A stretch of 64,000 nt of DNA from Bacillota bacterium. GTDB taxonomy: Bacteria > Bacillota > UBA994 > UBA5500. The stretch covers positions 1,588-65,587 of the forward strand of contig JAMNZE010000011.1 in NCBI GenBank assembly GCA_023622465.1, written 5' to 3'. This document shows positions 54,349 to 64,000 of the stretch, piece after piece. Under the pieces are notes generated by a model, which searched no databases, was not told the DNA's origin, and worked only from the letters and a program-made list of their open reading frames with translations. The position numbers and the translations under genes were made by a program. Position 1 is the first letter of the stretch. Every line of letters begins with the position of its first letter.

Positions 54349-55153
54349 GGTTGGCCACCTCTTTCTGAATCGGTTTATCGCTCTTAGTATAAACATCCCA
54401 TCCACCTAATGAAGCCCGTAATTTCTGTAGAATCTTTTTCTCCAAGCGGGAGATTTGTACCTGGGATACGTTGAAACACTTGGCAACCTCTGTCTGGGTT
54501 TTGCCTTGAAAATAGCGCATTTGGATTATTGTTTGTTCCCTCGGTGCCAATTGGCCAATTAGCGTTTGTAAAGCTATATTGTCAGTCCAAGCCTCGTCAG
54601 GCTGTGGCTCATCGGTGAGATGGTCAATTAGGTAAATCGGGTTGCCATCATCTTGATATATCTGGCTTTGTAAAGATGCGGGTGTACTAGTAGCTTCCAA
54701 CGCTAGCACAAGGGTTTCAGCCTCTACGTCCAAAGCTGATGCCAATTCCTCAATCGTAACTTCCCTACCTAAAGAAGTACTTAAACTCTCCTGTTCTCGG
54801 CGAGCCCTAGCTGCCAGCTCCTTCAAGCTACGGCTTACCTTAATCGGACCATTATCGCGCAAGTAACGGCGGATCTCGCCCAAAATGAGGGGGACGGCGT
54901 AGGTAGAAAACCGTACATTCTGACTTAAGTCGAAGCGGTCAATGGCTCGTATCAATCCTAAACAGCCCAGCTGAAAGAGATCCTCCATTTCCACCTGCCG
55001 GTGAGCAAAACGGCCAACCAACGACCGAACCAAGCGCAAATTGCAATTCACCAAGTAGTCGCGGGCCCCAGTATCACCCGCCTGAGCTCGAGCTATTAAA
55101 CGCTTGGTTTCCTCGTCGCTCAATAAGGGTAACTTTTTTTCCGGTCCCTGCAT
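54335..55153 (-). CDS. sigF: Forespore sigma factor F
   Basis: FSTYAVP.ILGEIRRYLRD.G.IKVSRSLKE, SQVQISRLEKKIL; follows spoIIAA-AB. Confidence 0.95.
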   Translation of the reverse strand: MQGPEKKLPLLSDEETKRLIARAQAGDTGARDYLVNCNLRLVRSLVGRFAHRQVEMEDLFQLGCLGLIRAIDRFDLSQNVRFSTYAVPLILGEIRRYLRDNGPIKVSRSLKELAARARREQESLSTSLGREVTIEELASALDVEAETLVLALEATSTPASLQSQIYQDDGNPIYLIDHLTDEPQPDEAWTDNIALQTLIGQLAPREQTIIQMRYFQGKTQTEVAKCFNVSQVQISRLEKKILQKLRASLGGWDVYTKSDKPIQKEVANRVVF

Positions 55154-55161
55154 GGCAATAC

Positions 55162-55617
55162 CTATTCCTGCGTATCGGACTGCGCAGCTAACCACTTCAC
55201 CATACGTACAGAAGTACCCTGATTCGGCTTGGAAGTAACGCTCAACTCATGCATGAAGCTTTCCATAAAAGAAAACCCCATGCCCGTTCGCTCCTGATCA
55301 GCCTTGGTGGTAAACATTGGTTCCATGGCCTGCGCAACATCCTCTATGCCGATGCCATCATCTTCTACAATAATCTCTAGGCCGTTGCCCTCCAGAATCC
55401 TGGCGCGAATACGGACCTCACCAACTCCATGCTCATAGGCATGAATAATTGCGTTGGTAACCGCCTCCGAAACGGCAGTCATTATTTCATCTAATTCTAC
55501 CAGCGTCCAGTCACCCACTTGCAGCGCAAAGGCAGCAACCGCCTGGCGAGCAAACCTCTCATTTTGAGATAAAGAAGGGAAACAGAGCAGCATACTATTC
55601 TTAACTTCCATCATCAT
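55162..55617 (-). CDS. spoIIAB: Anti-sigma F factor
   Basis: NE.FAR, SEAVTNAIIHAY, ER.GMGF..ME.FM. Confidence 0.97.
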   Translation of the reverse strand: MMMEVKNSMLLCFPSLSQNERFARQAVAAFALQVGDWTLVELDEIMTAVSEAVTNAIIHAYEHGVGEVRIRARILEGNGLEIIVEDDGIGIEDVAQAMEPMFTTKADQERTGMGFSFMESFMHELSVTSKPNQGTSVRMVKWLAAQSDTQE

Positions 55618-55627
55618 TCGCCCCCCA

Positions 55628-55963
55628 TTACAGTTGCTCTAGCGCCAACTTTTCAGTCGGATAGATGCCCATAATGCGAGTTAGCCCCGATAGTTCAAAT
55701 ATTCTTCTTACTTGTTGGTTAAGGCAACAGGCCGCCATTTGCCCCCCCATTTGACTCAAGCGCCGATAGCGACCGAGAATAACTCCTAAGCCCGAGCTAT
55801 CCATAAATGTAAGTCCCTGCAAATTGAGCAGAACGGAAGTGGCTACGTCCTTATCTAGCTCCTTTTCAATAGCCGTGCGCAAGGCATCAGCCGTATGGTG
55901 GTCAAGCTCGCCCGTTAGACGCACAACTAAAGTGCGGTTTTTCATTTCCAGTTCAATCTGCAA
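55628..55963 (-). CDS. spoIIAA: Anti-anti-sigma F factor
   Basis: GELDHH, FMDSSGLGVILGRY. Confidence 0.97.
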   Translation of the reverse strand: MQIELEMKNRTLVVRLTGELDHHTADALRTAIEKELDKDVATSVLLNLQGLTFMDSSGLGVILGRYRRLSQMGGQMAACCLNQQVRRIFELSGLTRIMGIYPTEKLALEQL

Positions 55964-56005
55964 TCCTAACCCCCCTTGAGTGAGTTGTAACCCATCTGTT
56001 CTATT

Positions 56006-56033
56006 ATTCTAACAATCCTTTCCTGTCTCCTTC
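56006..56033 (-). promoter_or_regulatory. SigH-type promoter of spoIIA
   Basis: GAAGGA-18-GAAT; spoIIA is SigH-dependent in B. subtilis. Confidence 0.65.
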
Positions 56034-56107
56034 CTTATCTGCAAAAAATCCCATGATATAAAAAAAGGGCTACCCGCAGGCAGCCCCTTTCAGTTTCTCT
56101 AGTGAGA

Positions 56108-57331
56108 TTAAGTTCCAAACCATGAACGTAATAGACGCAAGAAGTTGCCTAAGAAGCCCAATTTGGCCACGTCCTGAGTAGCTATCAGATCAACCTGGGC
56201 CAAAACCTCATTGCCTTGTACCAGTTTAAGCACACCTAAGCGCTCCCCATTGGTTATGGGGGCAAATACCCGAGCCGGCAATTCCACCTGCTGCTCAAGT
56301 TCATCGAAAGATTGCCCCTTCTTGAGCAAAACCGCCAACGGTTCGGCAGTCTTAACAGGAATTCGTTGCACTTGGCCACGATTGACAGCTACGCTGGTTA
56401 CTTCACTTCCCGCTGGTACCACAATCCGGCCTATGTAATTGGCGAATCCATAGTTTAGCAGCTGGGTGACATCCTGGTAACGCAACTCATCGGAAGGTGC
56501 GCCCAACACTACGGCAATCAGCCGAAAACCATCCCGTTCGGCGGTGGCGCTCAGACAATAGCGAGCCGCATCGGTAAGCCCGGTCTTAAGTCCATCGGCT
56601 CCCGAATAGCCGCGAATGAAGCGATGGTTCGTGTTAAATAGCTCCACCGGCCCTTTAGACCGCTGCAAGTAAGTGATTCGTGTGGTCAACCAATCTTTTA
56701 GTATGGGCTGATACTTCAGCAAAGTCACTGACATCAAGGCCACATCATAGGCGGAGGAATAACCTTCGTCCCCCGGCTTACCAGTCACACTAATACCATC
56801 TAATCCGCAGGCGTTGATAAAATGGGTATTCTCCATACCCAGCTCCCGAGCTCGCTGATTCATTGCAGCTACAAAAGCCGATTCGGAGCCAGCCACATGC
56901 TCAGCCAAAGCCACTGCCGCATCATTGGCCGATTTAATTGCCACCGCCATGAGCATTTCCTCGACGGTGAATTGCTCACCCGGCTCCAAGTAAATCTGGG
57001 CGCCTCCGTAAGAGCAGGCATGGGGCGAAGCTGTAATTGTATCCTCTAATTTTATCTGCCCCGACTCTAAAGCCTCTAATACTAACAGCATAGTCATTAT
57101 TTTAGTTACCGACGCGATGGGTAAACGCTCGTCGGGGTTCTTACTTAGCAATACCTGCTTGGTCCCCATATCCATTAACACAGCAGCTTTCGAGTGTAAA
57201 TTCTCCTCTACAGCAGAAGCCATTACCGGCAAAAGGTTACTAGTATTAGGACTTGCCCAAGCGAAGCTAACAGAGGATGTAAGTAAGGCGACAAGCAAAC
57301 TTAAGGTAAGGCAATACCTAAAGGGCCGCAC
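56108..57331 (-). CDS. dacF: D-alanyl-D-alanine carboxypeptidase
   Basis: SVTK, SAN, KTG; directly upstream of spoIIAA. Confidence 0.9.
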   Translation of the reverse strand: MRPFRYCLTLSLLVALLTSSVSFAWASPNTSNLLPVMASAVEENLHSKAAVLMDMGTKQVLLSKNPDERLPIASVTKIMTMLLVLEALESGQIKLEDTITASPHACSYGGAQIYLEPGEQFTVEEMLMAVAIKSANDAAVALAEHVAGSESAFVAAMNQRARELGMENTHFINACGLDGISVTGKPGDEGYSSAYDVALMSVTLLKYQPILKDWLTTRITYLQRSKGPVELFNTNHRFIRGYSGADGLKTGLTDAARYCLSATAERDGFRLIAVVLGAPSDELRYQDVTQLLNYGFANYIGRIVVPAGSEVTSVAVNRGQVQRIPVKTAEPLAVLLKKGQSFDELEQQVELPARVFAPITNGERLGVLKLVQGNEVLAQVDLIATQDVAKLGFLGNFLRLLRSWFGT

Positions 57332-57359
57332 ACCGATTCCCCCTTACAACATTTGTTAT

Positions 57360-57389
57360 TAGCTTTGCCTGTGGGCGACCATATCATGC
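57360..57389 (-). promoter_or_regulatory. SigF/SigG-type promoter of dacF
   Basis: GCATG-15-GGCAAAGCTA. Confidence 0.65.
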
Positions 57390-57408
57390 AATCTAGCCAT
57401 AAAATCCC

Positions 57409-58716
57409 TTACGAACGCAAAATTTCGGCAATCAATGGTCGTTTTTCTACTGGTTCTAAACTCAACTGCCAGGCGGACAAGGCCTCGGGGGCAACGGCTT
57501 GCAACAGTTCTTGTTTAGCCCCGTGTAAAACCGCCAACGCTTCCCCCTCCTCTACCCAGTCTTCACGCTTCTTGAGTAGGACAATACCAGCCGCCTTATC
57601 GATCTTCCCATCCTTCTTGGTACGGCCGGCACCTAGCTTGACTGCACATTGACCAATAGTATGGGCATCCAATTCGGCCACAAACCCCGCCTCCGGTGCA
57701 GCAAGAACTAACTGCTGTGGGCTGCTGGGCAAAAGACTAGGATCGTGCAAGTAACGAGCATCGCCACCTTGCCGGGTGACAAACTCAACAAACTTTTCCC
57801 AGGCCGCTCCGCTAACCAATAGTTGTTCCAGCTCGGTTTTGGCTTCACTATTATTACTGCTCAATCCGCTGCTGACCATTAACTCGGATGCGAGGGCTAA
57901 TACTAGTTCTCGCACATCGGCCGGTCCCCGGTTTTGCAAAACATCTATGGCTTCTTTGACTTCTATACTATTGCCCACCGCATACCCTAAGGGCTGGTTC
58001 ATATCACTCAAGATGGCACCCATCTTACGGCCGAAATGCTGCCCGATGGACATCATTATTTCCGCCAGACGGCGAGCTGCTTCCAGCGTAGGCATCAGTG
58101 CACCGCGGCCATACTTCACATCCAGCACGATGTGCTGGGCACCACCGGCCAGCTTCTTACTCATAATGGAGCTAGCAATTAAAGGCAAACTTCCCACGGT
58201 AGCCGTCACATCCCGTAAAGCATAAACCTGTTTGTCAGCAGGGGCTAGGGTGGGTCCAGCACCAATCATACTGAGGCCGATATGGCGCAGGTTCTGTAAG
58301 AATTCTTGATCAGTTAAATCGGTAGTAAAGCCGGGAATACTCTCCAGTTTATCGATAGTCCCTCCCGTGTGCCCCAAACCCCTGCCGGTTAATTTGGCCA
58401 CGGCTAAACCGGCGGCAGCCAGCAGGGGGGCCAGCACTAAACTGGTTTTATCCCCCACTCCACCGGTGCTATGCTTATCAACCGTGGGTCGGGGCAAGAA
58501 GCTCAAATCCAGCTGCTGACCGGAAGCCAAAAAAACCTCCGTTAAAGCCACCGTCTCCGCCGTAGTCATCCCCCGCAAATAGACCGCCATTAACCAGGCT
58601 GCCATTTGGTAATCGGGAACATTGCCTGCCAAGAATTCGGAGACTAACCACTGCAATTCTTCCCTGCTGAGCTCCAGCCCGTCTCGCTTCTTGGCTATGA
58701 TTTCCACAGCTAACAT
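57409..58716 (-). CDS. pdp: Pyrimidine-nucleoside phosphorylase
   Basis: DKHSTGGVGDK, GRGLGHTGGT.DKLESIPG, SIMSKK. Confidence 0.96.
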   Translation of the reverse strand: MLAVEIIAKKRDGLELSREELQWLVSEFLAGNVPDYQMAAWLMAVYLRGMTTAETVALTEVFLASGQQLDLSFLPRPTVDKHSTGGVGDKTSLVLAPLLAAAGLAVAKLTGRGLGHTGGTIDKLESIPGFTTDLTDQEFLQNLRHIGLSMIGAGPTLAPADKQVYALRDVTATVGSLPLIASSIMSKKLAGGAQHIVLDVKYGRGALMPTLEAARRLAEIMMSIGQHFGRKMGAILSDMNQPLGYAVGNSIEVKEAIDVLQNRGPADVRELVLALASELMVSSGLSSNNSEAKTELEQLLVSGAAWEKFVEFVTRQGGDARYLHDPSLLPSSPQQLVLAAPEAGFVAELDAHTIGQCAVKLGAGRTKKDGKIDKAAGIVLLKKREDWVEEGEALAVLHGAKQELLQAVAPEALSAWQLSLEPVEKRPLIAEILRS

Positions 58717-59888
58717 TCCTCTATCCCCTCCAAAATGTTTTGGCCGCAGTCCAAAGGTTCAACTCCTAACCAACAGGCGGCCGTATATCCAATCCAACAA
58801 AGGCTATCGGCGTCGGGCAAAACACTACCGCCGTCAAAGCGAGGGCTATATAACATTGCCGGCACATACTCGCGGGAATGATCGCTGCTGGGAGTTGTAG
58901 GGTCGCAACCGTGGTCGGCGGTGATAATCAACAAATCCTCCTCCCTAAGGGCAGCTATAAGCTCGGGCAAAGCCTGATCAAAGGCAGCTAACGCCTGGGC
59001 ATAGCCGACCGGGTCGTTGCGGTGGCCGTAAAGCATATCGAAGTCAACTAGATTAGTAAAGATGAGACTACCATGTCCCGATTTGATGGCCTCCCAGGTG
59101 GCCCTAATACCTTCTTGATTATTGCTGGTTTTCTGGCTCTTGGTAATACCACTACCGGCAAAAATATCGCCAATCTTGCCTATCCCTATTACCGTCCCCC
59201 CGGCATCTTCGATACGGTTTAACAGGGTATAGCCGGGACTAACAGAAAAATCCCGCCGGTTTGCCGTCCGGTGGTAATGGGGGTACTCGCCCACGAAGGG
59301 ACGCGCTATTACTCTAGCTACCTTATGTTCCGAGCGCTGCATGTAGGCATGGGTTTGCTCACAAATGTAATAAAGCTCCTCCAAGGGCACCACCTGTTCG
59401 TGGGCTGCAATCTGTAGCACACTGTCGGCTGAAGTATAAAGGATCAGTGCGCCTGTAGCCTCATGCTGCGGACCCAATTCCCGAATTATTTCGGTGCCAC
59501 TGGCAGTTACATTCCCAATTACCTCCCGACCACTTAAGCGAGAAAGAAAGTCAATAACACTGGTTGGAAAACCCTGCGGGTATGTGGCAAAAGGTTGCTC
59601 TTGGGGGAACCCCATCATTTCCCAATGGCCGGTTAAAGTATCCTTTGCTGGTGATTGGGTAGCCAGCCGTAGCACATAGCCTTGTGGCTGGGCCACGGGC
59701 GGTAGTTCCGGGTGGTTCAATAAGTTACCCAGTCCCAGTTGCTGCAAATGAGGTAAGTCTACTGGCGCCACATCTAAAATGTTTCCCAAGGTGTTGCTGC
59801 CCGCATCTCCAAACAGATGGGCATCGGGCAGGGCCCCGATCCCTAAGCTATCTAGAACTACAATAATAACTCTTGCCAATCTGCTCAT
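58710..59888 (-). CDS. deoB: Phosphopentomutase
   Basis: LDS.GIG, KDT..GHWE, YTSADSV.QIAAHE, TADHGCDP. Confidence 0.96.
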   Translation of the reverse strand: MSRLARVIIVVLDSLGIGALPDAHLFGDAGSNTLGNILDVAPVDLPHLQQLGLGNLLNHPELPPVAQPQGYVLRLATQSPAKDTLTGHWEMMGFPQEQPFATYPQGFPTSVIDFLSRLSGREVIGNVTASGTEIIRELGPQHEATGALILYTSADSVLQIAAHEQVVPLEELYYICEQTHAYMQRSEHKVARVIARPFVGEYPHYHRTANRRDFSVSPGYTLLNRIEDAGGTVIGIGKIGDIFAGSGITKSQKTSNNQEGIRATWEAIKSGHGSLIFTNLVDFDMLYGHRNDPVGYAQALAAFDQALPELIAALREEDLLIITADHGCDPTTPSSDHSREYVPAMLYSPRFDGGSVLPDADSLCWIGYTAACWLGVEPLDCGQNILEGIEEC

Positions 59889-59950
59889 CTCCTTTGCAAG
59901 TTACAAAACCTGCTCTCCTAACGAGGGAGAACAGGTCTTTGCGGGAAACG

Positions 59951-60844
59951 CTATGCTCGTGGGTGGGATTTACGGTAAACTTCTTTGAGGCGATTGCGAG
60001 TAACATGGGTGTAAATTTGCGTTGTAGAAATATCCGCATGACCCAACATCTCTTGCACTGAGCGTAAGTCGGCACCATTCTCTAGCAAATGGGTGGCAAA
60101 GGAATGGCGCAAAGTATGGGGAGTGATGTTAACATCGATGCCTGCCTCCTGCGCATAGCGCTTGAGTATTTTCCAAAAGCCTTGGCGGGTCAGCCTGCGG
60201 CCATGGTGATTGACAAACAAGGCCGTTTCTCCACTGCGCCTAACCAGTTCGTGGCGTGCCACCTGTAGATATAGCTCCAAATACTTGATAGCCACCGACC
60301 CAAGGGGAACTATACGCTCCTTATCTCCCTTGCCTAAACAACGCAAGTAGCCCGCTTCCAAATTAATATCGGTCAGATCTAATGAAATTAATTCGCTGAC
60401 CCGTAGACCGGTGGCATAAATAACTTCCAGCATGGCCTTGTCGCGAATGCTGTGGGGATTTTCTAATGTAGGTTGATTGAGCAGGGCTTCAACCTCGTTT
60501 AGATTAAGAACCCGTGGTAAACGTTTTTCCACTTTCGGTGACTCCAGATGGGCCGTGGGGTCTTTCTCTATAAGGTTTTCTGCTAATAGAAATTGGTAGA
60601 AAGACTTTATCGCTGCTAAGTTGCGTGAGATTGTGGAGGACGCTCTACCCATATTATGTAATTCTTCCAGATAGGCACGCACCGCGTCCTTTTCCGCATC
60701 CCGAAAAGAATTAACATTATGTTTTTGTAGGAAACGTGCATATGCCCTCAAATCCCGCCCGTAGGCGTCGAGCGTATTTGGAGCCAAACCCCGTTCCACA
60801 CTTAGAAAGGCTAAATATTCTTCAATCTGTTGCTCCATGGACAT
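59951..60844 (-). CDS. xerD: Site-specific tyrosine recombinase XerD
   Basis: YATGLRVSEL, GKG.KER, TRQGFWK, HTLRHSFATHLL, LGHADISTTQIY; core synteny. Confidence 0.96.
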   Translation of the reverse strand: MSMEQQIEEYLAFLSVERGLAPNTLDAYGRDLRAYARFLQKHNVNSFRDAEKDAVRAYLEELHNMGRASSTISRNLAAIKSFYQFLLAENLIEKDPTAHLESPKVEKRLPRVLNLNEVEALLNQPTLENPHSIRDKAMLEVIYATGLRVSELISLDLTDINLEAGYLRCLGKGDKERIVPLGSVAIKYLELYLQVARHELVRRSGETALFVNHHGRRLTRQGFWKILKRYAQEAGIDVNITPHTLRHSFATHLLENGADLRSVQEMLGHADISTTQIYTHVTRNRLKEVYRKSHPRA

Positions 60845-60880
60845 CCTCCGATTATTTATGTGAAGTCGGTCACTTCTAGT

Positions 60881-60908
60881 ATTCCACGCCCAAGCGGCTA
60901 AATCCTGC
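60881..60908 (-). promoter_or_regulatory. SigH-type promoter of xerD
   Basis: GCAGGA-18-GAAT. Confidence 0.6.
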
Positions 60909-60995
60909 CCATCTATGCTTATGTAAAGCTGCTTGTCGATGAAAAAAAATTGGGGCTCTCCTACTCAGGACAGCCCCCGATGTGCAGTCCGCACT

Positions 60996-61250
60996 TCAAA
61001 AACCAAATTTAAACCAAAGGCGCAGGCTGCCGAGCCAGCGCTGCCAGAAACTTTGAGCGCCTTTTCCTTGCAACTGTGAGGTTGTAGCCTTAATAATCTC
61101 TTCGGCTCCATTCAGCTCCGCCCCGCCGGTCATCGTTGCTGCTATCCGCCAAACAACAATAACAATCACTAGTAGTGCTAAACAAATGGCGGCCAGCTTA
61201 ACTATTTTTCCCCAATTCTTGCCCAAAGGACCAATGGTGATCACAAACAT
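60996..61250 (-). CDS. Small membrane-anchored hypothetical protein
   Basis: AAGGAGG RBS, one TM helix, CATATAAAT (SigE/SigK-like -10) upstream. Confidence 0.65.
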   Translation of the reverse strand: MFVITIGPLGKNWGKIVKLAAICLALLVIVIVVWRIAATMTGGAELNGAEEIIKATTSQLQGKGAQSFWQRWLGSLRLWFKFGF

Positions 61251-61309
61251 GGCGCTCGCCTCCTTCCCCTTGCCCTGCGGGCCAGGGCGTTTACCTATTT
61301 ATATGCGAG

Positions 61310-62365
61310 CTAGCTGATGACCATACCAAAGGCCCGTCTTTCCGCATGCCGCTCTAAAGCATAAACGATTAATTCATCGATAAGCCGAGAATAGGCTAAA
61401 CCACTAGCTTCCCATAGTTTAGGATAGGCCGAAATACGGGTAAACCCGGGCATGGTATTGACCTCATTAATTAAGAACTGTTCGTCGGCTCTACGTAAGA
61501 AGAAATCGACGCGAGCCAATCCGCTACAACCGACGGCCTTGTAGACACTGAGTGCCAATTGTTGCACCTCAGCAACCTGCTTCGGTGTTAAAGGAGCAGG
61601 AATGATCACTTGCGAGTCGCTTACATATTTGGCCTCATAATCGTAAAACTCGGCGGCAGGAACAATTTCGCCAGGTACGGAGACCACCGGTTCGTCATTG
61701 CCTAGGACACTGCACTCGATTTCCCGTCCATCAATAAAAGCTTCAATCACAATCTTACTGTCATAGGTGGCAGCCAGCTCTAATGCCTGAGGCAAACTAT
61801 CGGGAATATGCACTTTGCTAATCCCCACACTGCTGCCCATATTAGCCGGCTTTACAAAGCAGGGAAAGCCTAATTGCTCCTCAACGGCCCTTAGTACCGC
61901 CGCCGGTTGTTCCCGACAATAATTACTCTGAAAAGTTAAGAAAGATCCTTGGGGAAAACCACACTGGGCGAAGACCTGCTTAGCCATCGCCTTATCCAGG
62001 CAAAGGGAAGAAGCCAACACGCCAGAACCCACATAGGGAATATCCAGAATTTCCAATAGGCCCTGGATAGTTCCATCTTCACCGTAGGGTCCGTGCAAAA
62101 CGGGAAAAGCCACATCTACCCCAGCTAAGGCCTCCACCGGATTTTGACCCACCTCTGTCTCAGGCACACTCTCCCCTTGAGCCAAAACCTCCAAGGGATT
62201 TAAACCCCGTATCCACTTGCCCGATTTGCTAATGGCAACAGGAATTAATTCATATTTATCACGGTCGGCCGCACGCCAGACCGATGCTGCCGATTGTACC
62301 GATACTTCGTGTTCTGCTGAACGGCCACCGAATAACACTGCTAACTTTCTATGGGCCATTGCCAC
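61310..62365 (-). CDS. ddl: D-alanine--D-alanine ligase
   Basis: GGRS.EHEVS, LHGPYGEDG, GSSVG, FYDYEAKY, NEVNTMPG. Confidence 0.96.
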   Translation of the reverse strand: MAMAHRKLAVLFGGRSAEHEVSVQSAASVWRAADRDKYELIPVAISKSGKWIRGLNPLEVLAQGESVPETEVGQNPVEALAGVDVAFPVLHGPYGEDGTIQGLLEILDIPYVGSGVLASSLCLDKAMAKQVFAQCGFPQGSFLTFQSNYCREQPAAVLRAVEEQLGFPCFVKPANMGSSVGISKVHIPDSLPQALELAATYDSKIVIEAFIDGREIECSVLGNDEPVVSVPGEIVPAAEFYDYEAKYVSDSQVIIPAPLTPKQVAEVQQLALSVYKAVGCSGLARVDFFLRRADEQFLINEVNTMPGFTRISAYPKLWEASGLAYSRLIDELIVYALERHAERRAFGMVIS

Positions 62366-63550
62366 CTACCTCCTTTTCAGGCTCTGAAATCCGCTTACCT
62401 TCGGATTAATAAAACGCATGGCCACACCAACAAATCCAAAAACCAATAGAACCTCCCAATAGGTGTACCAATTCCGTGACACATCATGGGCCACAATTGC
62501 CTCTACCGCACCCACAGGCTCCCCGTCTAAGAAGTAGGTCACTTTCCCCACTACTTGCCCTTCAGTCAGGGGTGCCTGTAGAGGGTCGTTGAGGGTTAGC
62601 TCCCAGGTTACCGGCAACTGTCTATCCTGTTTTGCCCTAATAACTACTAGTTCGGAACCAGCCACCAATAGGGCTCTTTCTGTGGTATAGCGAACAGGTA
62701 CGGCCGTAACTGCCCTACCTTTACCTATGGGGGAGATGCTAGACCAATTCGCGAAACCATAGTCTAAGAGGGTTTTGGCATCCTGCCACATAGCAGCACC
62801 TTGGGCCTTGAATAGAGCCACCCCTAATTTGAGGTTGCCAGCCTGGGCAGCTGTGACTAGGCAATTGCCAGCGGCACGCGTATAACCGGTCTTCCCACCT
62901 AGTGTACCCTCATACTCGGTCAACATCTTATTACCGTTAATCAAGGGGCGTCTCTCCCCCGTTGGTAGATCTATATAATAAACGCGCGTGGAAGTTATTT
63001 CTCGAATAAGCGGTTCTTTAAAAGCCGCTGCAAAAATTTTGGCCATATCTTTGGCTGTAGTGTAGTGATCCTCATCGGGAAGCCCACTGGGGTTAACGAA
63101 GTTACTATTGGTGGCTCCCAACTCCTTGGCTCGCGCGTTCATCAAGTCGGCAAATTGGGCTACTGAACCAGAAACATATTCCGCCAAAGCGACGGCCACA
63201 TCATTAGCAGAATGGACTAAAAGAGCGTATAACAAATCCTTTACTCTGTATTCTTCCCCTTCTTTGCAGTAAAGGGCAGTACCCTCCTGATGTTCCGCAT
63301 TACTGCTAATGGTCACCACATCGGAAAGATTGCCCCGCTCAATTACTAACAAAGCGGTTAGAATCTTTGTAGTGCTGGCTGGATAGACCTTTTCCTCCGC
63401 TTTAAAACCCGCCAAAACTTCACCTGTGGTTAAATCAAATAAAGCGGCCGCCTTTGACGATATGGGGGGCAAAGACGCCGCTTCACTGGGAGTGATAATT
63501 GTCATAACAACCAATAAAGAAATCATCAAGATGCCTACAAAATATCGCAC
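62366..63550 (-). CDS. D-alanyl-D-alanine carboxypeptidase (S11 family)
   Basis: STTK, SAN, KTG; signal peptide and C-terminal TM. Confidence 0.92.
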   Translation of the reverse strand: MRYFVGILMISLLVVMTIITPSEAASLPPISSKAAALFDLTTGEVLAGFKAEEKVYPASTTKILTALLVIERGNLSDVVTISSNAEHQEGTALYCKEGEEYRVKDLLYALLVHSANDVAVALAEYVSGSVAQFADLMNARAKELGATNSNFVNPSGLPDEDHYTTAKDMAKIFAAAFKEPLIREITSTRVYYIDLPTGERRPLINGNKMLTEYEGTLGGKTGYTRAAGNCLVTAAQAGNLKLGVALFKAQGAAMWQDAKTLLDYGFANWSSISPIGKGRAVTAVPVRYTTERALLVAGSELVVIRAKQDRQLPVTWELTLNDPLQAPLTEGQVVGKVTYFLDGEPVGAVEAIVAHDVSRNWYTYWEVLLVFGFVGVAMRFINPKVSGFQSLKRR

Positions 63551-63627
63551 GCCGCATCCACCTCCCGTTAATTATAACAGAGGAGAACCGGTCTGCGTAC
63601 CAAGAGCTACTTACAGTTTAATCCAAT

Positions 63628-64000
63628 CTATAGAAAGCGGGATATCAATTTTACCAGTAAAGGTGAAAACCAGGTCTCAATTATGCTAGCTACAAAGATT
63701 ACTATCCCCGCCAATAAACAGTTACCCCCATACTGGATGAAACGTTGCCTAAAAGTGGAGCGGCGGGGTCGCAACGATGGGCGCAAAGTTTGAATAGTAA
63801 AAAAGATGGACATGGCGGAGATGGACAAGAGGGCGGGTACTAATAAGAGATTATGCGGTAAAACCGAGCAAGCCGCTAACAAGAAACCTTTGGCCCCCAT
63901 CTGATGCACCAAAAACCCAACGGAAAAGCCCAACACAAAGCCCTGAAAGAAGACAATGACAATCACAATAGGTAACCCAAAAATCAAAATCCCCAGGAGC
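63628..64000 (-). CDS. spoIIM: Stage II sporulation protein M (5' part outside the window)
   Basis: G.P......F..G..LGF.VG, LPHN...VP, IE...SP pattern and synteny. Confidence 0.85.
   Translation of the reverse strand, partial: LLGILIFGLPIVIVIVFFQGFVLGFSVGFLVHQMGAKGFLLAACSVLPHNLLLVPALLSISAMSIFFTIQTLRPSLRPRRSTFRQRFIQYGGNCLLAGIVIFVASIIETWFSPLLVKLISRFL

Noticed and set aside
59951..60844. Tyrosine recombinase as an integrase of a mobile element
   Set aside because: TRQGFWK signature and deoB/dacF/spoIIM synteny identify chromosomal XerD; no att sites or cargo seen.
61310..63550. Vancomycin-resistance cassette (ddl plus carboxypeptidase)
   Set aside because: No vanH/vanX/vanRS; the ligase looks like D-Ala-D-Ala type and the peptidase is an S11 PBP.

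Overview
Core-chromosome segment of an endospore-forming Bacillota (Firmicutes) bacterium, roughly 50% GC by eye, with almost all genes on the minus strand. The right half is the conserved sporulation/housekeeping block: spoIIM, dac, ddl, xerD, deoB, pdp, dacF, spoIIAA-AB-sigF, dodecin, spoVAC-D-E, a DHH/CBS tRNA nucleotidyltransferase, scpAB, ytfI-gerW, dacB-spmAB, rluB, comFB, aroH, cmk, plsC, ispH-rpsA fusion, spoIIP, DUF3189, DUF512, der, gpsA, spoIVA. The left half is more mixed: an EAL phosphodiesterase, speD, cheR, 9 tRNA genes, a divergent sigH-like gene with two perfect Spo0A boxes, a split NHEJ cluster (Ku, ligase, polymerase) running into mtnA-GH2-DUF4438, surE, three tandem M42 peptidases, an S41 protease, plsY, mgtE, coaX, spore proteins and a Crp/Fnr regulator. 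I found no mobile element, prophage, CRISPR array or defence system, and no clearly new multi-gene system can be proven from the sequence. The best leads are four unexplained structured intergenic/leader RNA candidates (722-845, 24600-24806, 30401-30530, 51810-51985), the atypical sigH locus, a half-SASP small protein, an orphan YqhG-like gene, and a CTG-initiated DUF3189 gene missed by the ORF track. All family assignments and RNA folds were made by eye, without database searches or folding software.
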